A DNA stretch of 64,000 nucleotides from assembly GCA_963805855.1 (NCBI GenBank), contig CAWDVW010000005.1, positions 608,001 to 672,000 on the forward strand, written 5' to 3'. The DNA is from Candidatus Dadabacteria bacterium. Lineage in GTDB: Bacteria; Desulfobacterota_D; UBA1144; Nemesobacterales; CSP1-2. Each line of letters opens with the position of its first letter. Position 1 is the first letter of the stretch. Under the pieces are notes generated by a model. It was not told the origin of the DNA. It saw only the letters and a list, made by a program, of their open reading frames with translations, and ran no database searches. Shown piece by piece: positions 18,913 to 30,100 of the stretch. Both the position numbers and the translations under genes were made by a program.

Positions 18913-20970
18913 ATGAATGCAACCGGGAACAAAAAAAAGAATGTAAATTATGAATTAAAGGTCATTAATTGGCTTTTTAAATTCGCGAGATCACATAAAA
19001 TCTCCATCAGTTTATCGCTTACCTTTATGTTGATGTCCGCTGGTCTCGAAATTGCCGTCCCCTATTTAACAAAGATCGCGGTGGACAACTACATAACCCC
19101 AAACTGGAGAGAGCTAACATTTTCAAACGATATAGAAGATATCAGGCTGGAGAAAAGGCTTCAGAACCAGTATCCGTCTCATGTTATTGCCCTTAACAGA
19201 GATAACTACCTTATAGATATTTCTCGATTGAGTACCGAAGATAAATATAGTGTTGAGAAACTATCCTCTCACCCAGAAAACAAGTACCTAGTCATTGATG
19301 GTTCCAAAATTAAATCCGATCGTCTGGCCAGGGTTCACGAGATAGTGAAGACGCATCCACAAGCCTTCAAAAGGAAAGGGAATCTCTATTACGCGGAATA
19401 TAATTCCTTGGAGGAGCTGAGCCATCGGGAACTTGAGATCTTGCGTAGCGAGCAAATTAGCAAAATAGGAATACTTGCTTTATTAGTAATTCTAAGCCTT
19501 TTTGGAATATTCGTCTTCAGCTGCCTCTATACTTATATACTGAACTACTCAGGGCAAAGGCTAATGCACAGAATCAGGTTAAATGTCTTTTCTCATATCT
19601 TGAATTTGCCGCAATCATATTTCGATCGTAATTCCGTGGGAACAGTTACAACCCGTGTGACTAACGACGTGAACGCGATAACCGAAATGTACACATCTGT
19701 CCTTATACAGTCGATTAGGGACATCCTCCTGATAGTTGGGGTGATTGGTGTGATGTATTACATGAATCATGAACTAACGTTAATCATTATCTTTCTCATC
19801 GCGCTTATTGTGATTATAGGCGTGGTCTTCAGAATCAGATTTAAAACCGTCTACAGTAATGTTAGGAAGACTATTGCCAACGTCAATGCTTTTGTACAGG
19901 AGAGTATTAGAGGAATTGTATTGATCAAGCTATATAACAAAGAAGGCAACAATTTTGAAAGGTTTAACAAAGTTAATACAGAAAGTTACAAAGCAAACAT
20001 GGATGAACTATCGGCAATCTCGAAGTTCACGCCTATTGTGGAATTCGCGGGAATATCCTCAGCAGCAATTGTGCTATGGTATGGCAGCACGAGTGTTGTA
20101 AACCTGGAAATCAGTCTCGGAGCATTTATTGCGTACCTTTATTACATCTTGATGCTCTTTAGACCCATTCTTCAAATGTCTGAAAGGTACAATCGTATCT
20201 ACTCCGCGATAGCTGCATCTGAAAACCTGTACGATATCGTAAATCTTGAGGTGGAGAATAATGAACTCAAGGGTAATATCGAAAAATTTCGAGGTAAGAT
20301 AGAGTTCAAAAACGTCTGGTTTTCGTATAACGAATATGACTGGGTCCTAAAAGACGTTTCCTTCAGGGTAGATCCCGGCGAGACAGCGGCGCTGGTAGGG
20401 CTTACGGGCTCTGGTAAGAGTACAATTGTTAACTTAATCCTCAGATTCTATGATATACAAAAAGGCCAATTATTAATCGATGGATCGGACATAAACGAAT
20501 TCAGCCCGGATTTCTTGAGAGAGAATATATCGGCCGTATTCCAGGACACATTTCTTTATGAAAAAAACATAGCAATATCGCTCGGCGATAAATCTGCTGA
20601 ACTCTATAATTACTTGCATGGAGATGACAAGTCTGAAAGATTTTCTGCATCCTCCGGTGAGCAGCAGCTAGCTTCCTTGATAACTGCGCTTGAAAAAGAC
20701 GTAAAGATTTTGATACTTGACGAAGCCACCTCCAATATAGATGCCCAGATTGAATCGAAGTTACATGATCTCGTTAGAAAGGATTTTGATACCAGAACAA
20801 AATTGATCATTTCTCATAGACCATCCAATGCAAAATCAGCCGATAGAATAATTGTTATTCATGAAGGGGAAATTCTCGAAATTGGAAGTCACACCGAACT
20901 CATTGAGAAACAGGGCTTTTACTACAATCTCTATAGACTCGAGGATGAGATTGAACACGTTTCATCATGA
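18913..20970 (+). CDS. ABC exporter, fused permease/ATPase (MdlB/YheH-like), heterodimer subunit 2
   Basis: TRVTNDV, Walker A GLTGSGKS, ILDEATS, ISHR; degenerate signature ASSGEQQ; long insertion after TM1. Confidence 0.92.
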   Translation: MNATGNKKKNVNYELKVINWLFKFARSHKISISLSLTFMLMSAGLEIAVPYLTKIAVDNYITPNWRELTFSNDIEDIRLEKRLQNQYPSHVIALNRDNYLIDISRLSTEDKYSVEKLSSHPENKYLVIDGSKIKSDRLARVHEIVKTHPQAFKRKGNLYYAEYNSLEELSHRELEILRSEQISKIGILALLVILSLFGIFVFSCLYTYILNYSGQRLMHRIRLNVFSHILNLPQSYFDRNSVGTVTTRVTNDVNAITEMYTSVLIQSIRDILLIVGVIGVMYYMNHELTLIIIFLIALIVIIGVVFRIRFKTVYSNVRKTIANVNAFVQESIRGIVLIKLYNKEGNNFERFNKVNTESYKANMDELSAISKFTPIVEFAGISSAAIVLWYGSTSVVNLEISLGAFIAYLYYILMLFRPILQMSERYNRIYSAIAASENLYDIVNLEVENNELKGNIEKFRGKIEFKNVWFSYNEYDWVLKDVSFRVDPGETAALVGLTGSGKSTIVNLILRFYDIQKGQLLIDGSDINEFSPDFLRENISAVFQDTFLYEKNIAISLGDKSAELYNYLHGDDKSERFSASSGEQQLASLITALEKDVKILILDEATSNIDAQIESKLHDLVRKDFDTRTKLIISHRPSNAKSADRIIVIHEGEILEIGSHTELIEKQGFYYNLYRLEDEIEHVSS

Positions 20971-21027
20971 AGTTGGTTAACGCTCTCGGGACTATAGTCA
21001 CAATATTAATTTCCCCTAAAATACCTA

Positions 21028-21056
21028 TTCAAAAGTATTCAATTAAATGATATAAT
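21028..21056 (+). promoter_or_regulatory. Putative sigma70-type promoter upstream of the NRPS operon
   Basis: TTCAAA-N17-TATAAT with extended -10 TG (TGATATAAT), about 125 bp before the first NRPS ORF. Confidence 0.55.
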
Positions 21057-21181
21057 ATGCGGGTATATGCCAGGTAATTCTGCCAGTCCACTTGTTCACC
21101 TTCGATGTTTACGCGGCTATTAAATAACCCAAGGGTAAAATATTAGCAAAAAACACTTGAAGGAATCAACCGTATCGCAGG

Positions 21182-24100
21182 TTGTACAGGATGTGTAGGA
21201 TAAATTCAGATATTGTTCCCGGGAAGAGAAATGAAGGGTTCGCTCCTCTTTCGTTTGGGCAAGAAAGGCTCTGGATTCTTCACCAGTTGAATCCTGGTGG
21301 TTCGTCATACAACGAATCCGGTGCAGTTAGATTCAACGGGCCTCTAAACCTTAGCACACTCAACGATACTCTGAATGAAATCATCAGACGTCACGCGATC
21401 TTAAGAACCACATTCCCAGTAACCGAGGGAAAACCATTTCAGTTCATCAACCCTTCCCTTAAGCTGCCCTTACCGATGGATGACCTTTCGAACCTTTTAA
21501 AGAGTGACAGGCATTCTAAGGCGACGCAAATAATCGAAGAGGAAGTCAAAAAACCTTTTGACCTTTCTAAAGGCCCATTAATTCGTTACAGGGTGCTACG
21601 CCTTAACGAGGAAGAGCATTGGTTCATAATTACATTCCACCACATTGTATGCGATGGATGGTCAATTGGTTTGTTTACAAAAGAAGTAGTAAATGTTTAC
21701 AATGCCTTCGCGCAAGGCAAGCCTTCGCCCCTACCCGAGTTACCCACCCAATATGCCGATTACGCCCTGTGGCAGCGGGATCGGATGCATGGCGGGGGGT
21801 TAGAATCACAACTCAATTACTGGAGGTACAAGCTTTCTGGGGCTCCTCCTGGGTTGGCAATCCCGACCGACAGGCCGAAGACTGCGGATAACAATTTCAT
21901 ACATGGCGGTCAATGCTTTGAAATACCAAAAAAGCTTTATAAATCTCTCTTGGAACTGAAGGAGCGCGAAAAGATTACGCTATTCATGGTGATGTTGGCA
22001 TCGTTTGACGCATTGCTTCATCACTATACGGGAGACGAGGATGTCATAGTTTTCTCTCCAATAGCTGGTCGTAATTATGCCAAGATAAGGCGATTAATTG
22101 GTTTCTTCGTGAATACACTAGTCCTGCGCACCGATGTCTCGGGAAATCCCACTTTTAGGGATTTACTTAGACGAGTGAAAAACGACTGTGTTGGAGCATA
22201 TAGACATCAGGATCTCCCGTTTCAAAAATTGGTAGAGGAACTTAGACCTAAACAGGTTTCAGATCGTGCAAATCGTGTACAAGTTGCTTTCATGCTTCAT
22301 CGCGAACTCGTGGAACCAATAAAGCTATCGGAAGAATTAACCCTAGAACCCATAAAGTATGACATCGGGATTGATGAAGTAGATCTGACGTTCATTCTGT
22401 GGGAAGGAAGGGAAAAGATAACCGGTTCTGTTCAGTATAATGCCAGTCTGTTCGAAGACTCGACTGTAACTTGCATGGTGAGGAACTTCCGTGCCCTGCT
22501 TGAGTGTATTGCTGAGAATCCCGATCAAAGAATTGCGTCGTTGCCGATCTTAAGCGAAGATGGAAGCAATAAGTTAATAGTCAATAAGAATAGAATTCCT
22601 CAAAAAGTAACTACTAAAACTCACAGACATTCAATTGAAGAAATCTATAGACTTTCTAATCTAACCAAAAACCAACTGTTAGTATGGATGGGCCAAAAGT
22701 TACAGCCCGAGGCACCTGTCTATAATCTAGCCGCAACACTTACCATATTTGGTGAAGTGATTCCAGAGCTCTTTCAGGATGCATTTCGGACCCTGGTAAA
22801 TTCCAGTGATGCTTTAAGGACGGTTATACGCGAAGTAGGAGGATTACCTCAGCGTGTTGTACTGGAAAATTCCCAACACGGAATTGAGTTCCTGGACTTT
22901 TCCAAGGTCCACGAACCCGAAATGAGGCTTAAATCCTACTTAGACAAACAATCTGAATTGCTATTCGACTTGGAGAAATGCCTGTTTAATTCTGCATTAA
23001 TCAAGCTATCGGAGAAAAAATACGTATGGTATCTAAATCAGCACCACATCATTAGCGATGGATGGTCCGTTTGGCTAATCTTTAACAAGTTTTATGACAT
23101 TTATGAAAATATGTTGCGAGGAGAATCAAAAAATAAGATAGAACTACCCAAATACGAAGATTATATACAATTTGAGAGAGATTATTACTCCTCATCAAGA
23201 TACTTAAAGGATGAAGCATACTGGCAAGAAAAGCTTCGTGAGGATACAGAGCCGATCACATTTTATGGAAAATCAAATCTATTTTCTACCACTAATGTCG
23301 AAAGAGTTTCATTCGACTTAGGTGCGACCCGGTCTCGAAAGCTTCGAGAGCTTGCCCAACATGAAGATATAAGGTCAGGTACCGTGGATGTATCTCTCTT
23401 TAATATCTTTGCCGCATTACTTAATACATATCTTTATAAGGTAAGTGGGAACGAAATGCTCACTTTAGGAACAATCTTTCATAACCGACGCTCTAGGGCC
23501 TTTAAGGAAACGATAGGACTATTTATGCAAATGCTCCCGATTCGAGTGTTTGTCGAGGAGGATGAGACCTTCCTATCATTGATTAACAAGCTAAAGGGTG
23601 AGATGCATGGCATCATCAGACACGGGCAATATTCATTAGGCAACCGACCTCAGAAGAAGGTCTACGATGTATTACTGAACTATCACAACATGAGTAATGA
23701 AACACATAGGGAATTTAACGGGAGTCCGGTGCTTGCGGAAGCAGTTCATAGTGGCCATGAAAGCGATAGCCTGGGCTTGCGAATACTTGATTTCGGTTCC
23801 ACTGGAAGCCTTAATCTTGAATTCGATTTCAATTGCGACGTATTCGCCGAAGAGGACAGGAAAAAGGTAGTCAGCCATCTCCTCAGGATACTAGACGCGT
23901 TCCTCGAGGATAAAAACCAATCCCTAGACGACATTAAATTACTCAGACACGAAGAAGAACAGCCAATATTGGTTGATTTTAACCAGACAAGAAAGGAATA
24001 TCCGTACGATAGAAGCATACACGAATTGTTTCTAGAGCAGGTTAGGAAGAGGCCAGATGCTACTGCCGTGGCATCCAAGAACTCAACATTGACCTACAGG

Positions 24101-27100
24101 GAACTAAACGAGAGGGCAAATCAATTGGCCCATCATCTGATTGGATTGGGGGTAGATCAAGAAAGCATTGTTGGTCTTTGCCTGGAGCGCTCAGTGGAGA
24201 TGATAGTTGGGCTTCTTGGGATACTCAAGGCAGGTGGTGCTTACCTGCCCCTTGATCCCTCGTATCCCAAGGAGCGATTGGCATTCATGCTTAGGGATGC
24301 AAATGTTTCTGTCCTTATTACACAGAGGGGATTCGAAGCGAGGCTGCCTGAGAATGGAGCGAAGGTAGTGTTGATCGACACCCAGTGGAATGAGATTTCA
24401 AAGGAGAGCAAAAGAAACCCAAGGCATGCGGTATCACCGGACAACCTTGCCTATATTATCTACACCTCTGGCTCTACAGGGGTACCCAAGGGTGTAGCTG
24501 TCCAGCACCGCTCCGTTGTCAATCATAATTTGGATGTTTCGAGAAGGTATGGCCTTAGGGAAGATGATCGGGTGCTCCAATTCTACTCCATAAGCTTTGA
24601 CGGTGCAGTTGAGGAGATATTCCCGACGTTAATATCGGGTGCTACATTAGTGCTCAGGGGTGAAGACATACTGGCTCCCGGCAGTGAATTGTTAGGGTTT
24701 ATTGACAGCAATGAGATAAGCGTTGTCAACCTACCCACCGCATACTGGCACGAGTGGGTAAAAGAACTGCCAAGCACGAATGGGAGGTTTCCAAATTCTC
24801 TTCGATTGGTGATAGTGGGAGGAGACAAGGTTTCACCCGACAGATATAAGACCTGGGGCGAGGTGGTGGATGGTAGGGTGCGATTGATAGACACATACGG
24901 TCCAACAGAGACAACAGTGATTTCAACAATGGCTGAGGTTAACGGAGCATCAAGGCTCTCTATTGGACGGCCTATAGCAAACACAAAGACCTACATACTC
25001 GATAAACGAATGCATCCGGTCCCTATCGGAGTGGCAGGGGAACTTCACATTGGAGGATTAGGAGTTGCACGTGGGTATCTTAACCGACCTGATCTGACAG
25101 CGGAAAGATTTTTACCAAACCCCTTCGGTGATGATCCTGGGGAGAGGCTTTATAGAACAGGCGACCTTGCACGGTACCTGGAAGATGGAAATATCGAGTT
25201 TCTGGGCAGGATAGACCATCAGGTTAAGATAAGGGGATTCAGGGTTGAGCTTGGCGAGATAGAATCAATGATATTGGAACACCCTGGTGTGAAAGAAGCC
25301 GCGGTGATGGCACGGGAGGACCAGCCTGGGAATAAACGCCTTGTTGCGTATGTTATTCCTAATGAGGAAAATAACTTACACAATAAATCAAACGCAGCAG
25401 CTGAACTTGCCGCTGAACAAATATCTCAATGGCGCACTGTATTTGAAGATCCTTTCTCAGAGCATTTACCCGATACTGACCCCACCTTCAATATCGAGGG
25501 CTGGAACAGCAGCTATACTGGCGGTCCCATTCCACAAGAGGAAATGCGCGAGTGGGTGGAGAACACCGCGAACAGGATAATTTCACGTAAACCAAGCCGA
25601 GTACTTGAGATAGGGTGTGGAACGGGTTTGCTGTTATTTCGGATTGCACCCCACTGCGCCAAGTATGTTGGAACTGACTTTTCCGAGTCAGCACTCAGCA
25701 ATATTAAGAAGCAGCTGGCGAAAGGGGATAAGGGATTGGAGCGCGTGTCTCTATTCCATAGGCTGGCGGATAATTTCGAAGGGTTTGAGGAAGGGGATTT
25801 TGATTCGGTTATTATCAACTCGGTAATCCGGTACTTCCCTAGTTTAGAGTACCTTTTATCCGTGCTAGACGGCGCCGTGAAAGTTTTATCAAACGGGGGC
25901 TTCCTCTTTATAGGAGATGTTAGAAGTCTTCCACTATTGGAAGCCTTTCACGCCTCTGTTCAATTACATCGTTCGTCTGCCGTCACAACGAAGAGACAGT
26001 TGCAAGAGCTAGTGCAAAAACGTTTGTTCCACGAGGAAGAACTTGTTATTGATCCCTCTTTCTTCTTGGCTTTGAAGCATCATTTTCGCCAGATCAGCCA
26101 TGTCGAGATTAAAGGCAAGCACGGTTACTATAACAACGAACTTACCAGGTTCCGTTATGACGTCATCCTACATATCGGGAGTGAATACCTCAAACTATTA
26201 AGACCTAAATGGACTGATTGGCGGGAGGGAGGGATGTCACTTGAATCGATCCGAAGATATCTTTCAGAGTCGCAACCCGACATTCTCGGAATTAAAAATG
26301 TGCCTAATGCCAGGCTTTTGGTCGAGCTAAAGACACTAGAATGGCTAAAGAGCAATGATGGCCCCGATAAGGTAGCAGATTTCAGGAGAACCTTAAGTGA
26401 AGTCAGCATGTCTGGAGTTGACCCAGAAGCCCTGCGGATTCTGGGCAACGAGTTACAATACCAAACTGATATCGCATGGTCAGGTCCATCTAAATATTTC
26501 TGCTTCGATGCAGTATTTAGCCGTGTGAATACCGCGAGGACAATAAACCTCTGGTCAGATGATTCAAACATAAATGAGACTGACTTTCACGCCGCCACGC
26601 TTGATAGCTACGCCAACAACCCCCTGACCAGCAGGACTGCGAATAGGCTAATATCAAACTTGCGATCATTTATTGAAGACAAATTGCCTGCGTACATGTC
26701 ACCATCATCATTTGTTGTGATGCAATCTTTACCAAAAACTGCTGGCGGGAAGATTCACAGAAATTCGCTTCCACCACCGGAAGGAGAAAGACCTGAATTG
26801 GATCGTGATTATGTCCCGCCACGAACTCCCACCGAGAATAAGTTAGCTGAAATATGGTCCGAGGTCCTCGGAATCGAGCATATTGGTGTATATGATAACT
26901 TCTTTGAATTAGGAGGCCATTCACTTCTTGCCGTGCAGATCATCAACAGAATTCAGGAAATCTTTAAGAAAGAGTTCCAACTGAAAAATCTCTTTACGGA
27001 CCCAACGATTGCCACATTGGCACGAATTATTGAACTGGAAGTAAACTCAGACCAGGCGCAAAAGATTCATTCAATCCCGCAAAGCTCACGTGATTCGAAC

Positions 27101-30100
27101 CTACCCTTATCATCTGCCCAAGAAAGATCATGGTTCTTGGATCGACTGGATCCGGGCGGTACTGCGTATAACATGATTACGGCTTTCCGTATCAATGGTT
27201 CAATCAATTTAAATGCACTTGAGTGGTCGCTCAATGAAATTATCAGGAGGCACGAGGCGCTCCGGACAACCTTCCAGGAAGTAGACGGTAAACCTTTTCA
27301 GGTTATTTCACCATTCAAACGAATACAAATACCGACCGTTGACCTAACTAAACTCAACGAGATGGAGCGGGAAAATGAGGCCCTGAGGATAGTCAAGAAA
27401 GAAATAATGAAACCCTTTGACCTGAAAAAAGGGCCGCTTTACAGCGTATCACTATTAAAACTCTCCGATAAAGAATTTATAGTTGTCTTCATAATACATC
27501 ATATAATTTTTGACGGTTGGTCGGCGAACATTCTGATTAACGAGATGACCGTCTTTTACCAAGCCTTCCCCATGGAAGAACGCGCCCCCATTCCTAAACT
27601 CAAGTTTCAGTATGGGGACTTTGCACAATGGCAGCGGAGTTGGCTGGAGAGCGAGTTAATGGCTAAACAGCTTTCCGACTGGACTGAAAAACTGGGAGGT
27701 CAGCTGCCTAAGTTAGAGCTGCCCATAGACCACCCGCGGCCACCAGTATTCACTTTTAAGGGCGCTACTACAAAAAAATTCGTTCTGCCAAAAGCTCTTT
27801 CGACTAGATTAAAGGACTTGAGCCTTAAGGAAGGCGTCACAATTTTTGTGACCTTGTTAGCCGCTTTAAAGATATTGCTTTACAGATACACAAACGAAAA
27901 AGATATAATTGTAGCTTCACCGACTTCAGGGCGGCATCATCCTGAAATTGAAAACTTGATAGGCTTTTTTGTTAACCCTCTCATCTTTCGAAGCCGTATC
28001 TCGCCTGAGCATACTTTTCGTCAGACCCTTGCACGAGTACGGGAAGTTTGCTTGGATGCCTTTTCGCTTCAGGACGTTCCTTTCGAAAAGATAATTGATG
28101 CTATTAGGCTTGAGCGTAATCCAGGAGTAACGCCAATTTCTCAAGTAGCATTTTCGTTTGAAAGCCCACCGAAACGCTATCAGCTGCCGGAAGCGATTAG
28201 TATAGAGCCTCTGGACATTGACACTGGAACAGCTAAGACAGACTTTGCTCTTTTCATTTCTGAACTAGACGGTGGTTTAGAGGGAAGAGTTGAATATTAT
28301 TCCGAAATCTTCGACGAGTCCACTATTAACCGAATGACAAGTCATTTCCAAATCCTCTTAGAAAGTATCATAAATAACCCGGACCGGCGTGTCTCGGATT
28401 TGAACATCTTAACGAAGGAAGATAGGGAGAAAGTGCTCGTAAAGTGGAATGAGGAATCTAGAGAATATACCAATGAGCGGTGTATTCACGAGCTATTCGA
28501 GCAACAGGTGGATAAAGCTCCTGAAAACATTGCAGTTGTGTTCGAAGATCAAGAGCTTACATATAGAGAGCTAGATGAAAGAGCCAACAAATTAGCGTAT
28601 TACTTGCAATCATTAGGTGTAGGGCCGGAAACATTAGTAGGCCTCAGTATGGATAGATCTCTGGAAATGATTGTCGGATTGCTTGGAATTCTAAAGGCAG
28701 GCGGAACATATGTACCAATCGATGCTTCATATCCAGCAGAGCGTCTAGCCTTAATTTTTGATGATAGCAAATTACAAGTACTTCTAACGCAGAATCATCT
28801 AGAATCCAATTTATTCCATCGTAATACAAGGTCAACGCCGAAAGGCATAAAACATATTCTCTGTATCGATGCTGATCAGGAAATCTCCTCTAAGATACCA
28901 AACAAACATCAAACCGCCAATGTGTCGCATGACAATTTGGCCGTCATATTCTACACCTCGGGTTCCACGGGAAAACCGAAGGGCGTCGAATTGGCACATC
29001 TCGGAATATGTAACTTCACTGAGGAGCTGTCCAGGGATTTACAGATTGCCCCCAACGACCGTATACTCCAGTTTGCCTCACCGAGTTTCGTCGTCTCCAT
29101 AATTGAAATCTTCACAGCCTTGAGTCGCGGATCAACGCTGGTTATGGGGAGCCAAAAGTCATTAATGCCGGGCACCCCATTGACGCGGTCTTTAATCGAT
29201 AATCGCATTTCCATAGCCATTTTACCCCCTTCGATAATTTCATCCCTAAACACAATTGATCTGCCAGAATTGCGAATATTAATAGCCACAGGGGAATCAG
29301 TCACTTCAGAGATTGCGAGGCGCTGGTCTTCGACTCGGAAATGCTTCAATCTTTATGGAACCACAGAAACGGGTGTTGCTACACTCGGGAAATTAAATGG
29401 TCAAGCGGGCGATGTGCCCCTGATTGGAAGGCCTATCTCACACATGCAAGTTTACTTACTCGATAATAGATTGAATCCAGTTCCAGTGGGAGTCAGGGGA
29501 GAGATATATATCGCAGGAACAGGTTTAGCCAGAGGTTATGTTAAGAGACCAGACCCGACTTCCGAAAAGTTTATTCCAAACCCATTCGATCGCAAACCGG
29601 GGAGTCTGATGTACAGATCGGGTGATTTTGCCAGATACAGGCCTGACGGCAGTCTAGAATTTCTAGGTAGGCTTGATAATCAAGTCAAGATTCGAGGATT
29701 CCGCATAGAGCTGAGCGAGCTAGATGCATTAATGCTGCAACATCCCCATGTCAGACACGCATTGGCGCTCGTGCAAGACGACTACCCTAAAGGTAAACGT
29801 ATTGTTGTTTATTTTTCCCCAAGTCAGGATAAGAAAATCGATGTGAGCGAAATCAGAGAATTTCTTAAGCAAAAGCTGCCATATTATATGATGCCTTCAA
29901 ATATTGTCCTTCTGAATAAATGGCCACAGACTGAGAGCGGCAAGATTGACAGGACAAAACTGCCGTTGCCAGATAAATCACGACCAGAACTTAAGGAGGC
30001 ATATATAGCACCAAGCTCAGCAGCTGAGGAAATGCTTGAACTGATTTTCGCTGCGGTTCTTGGCATCGAAAATGTAGGCATCAATGACAACTTCTTCGAT

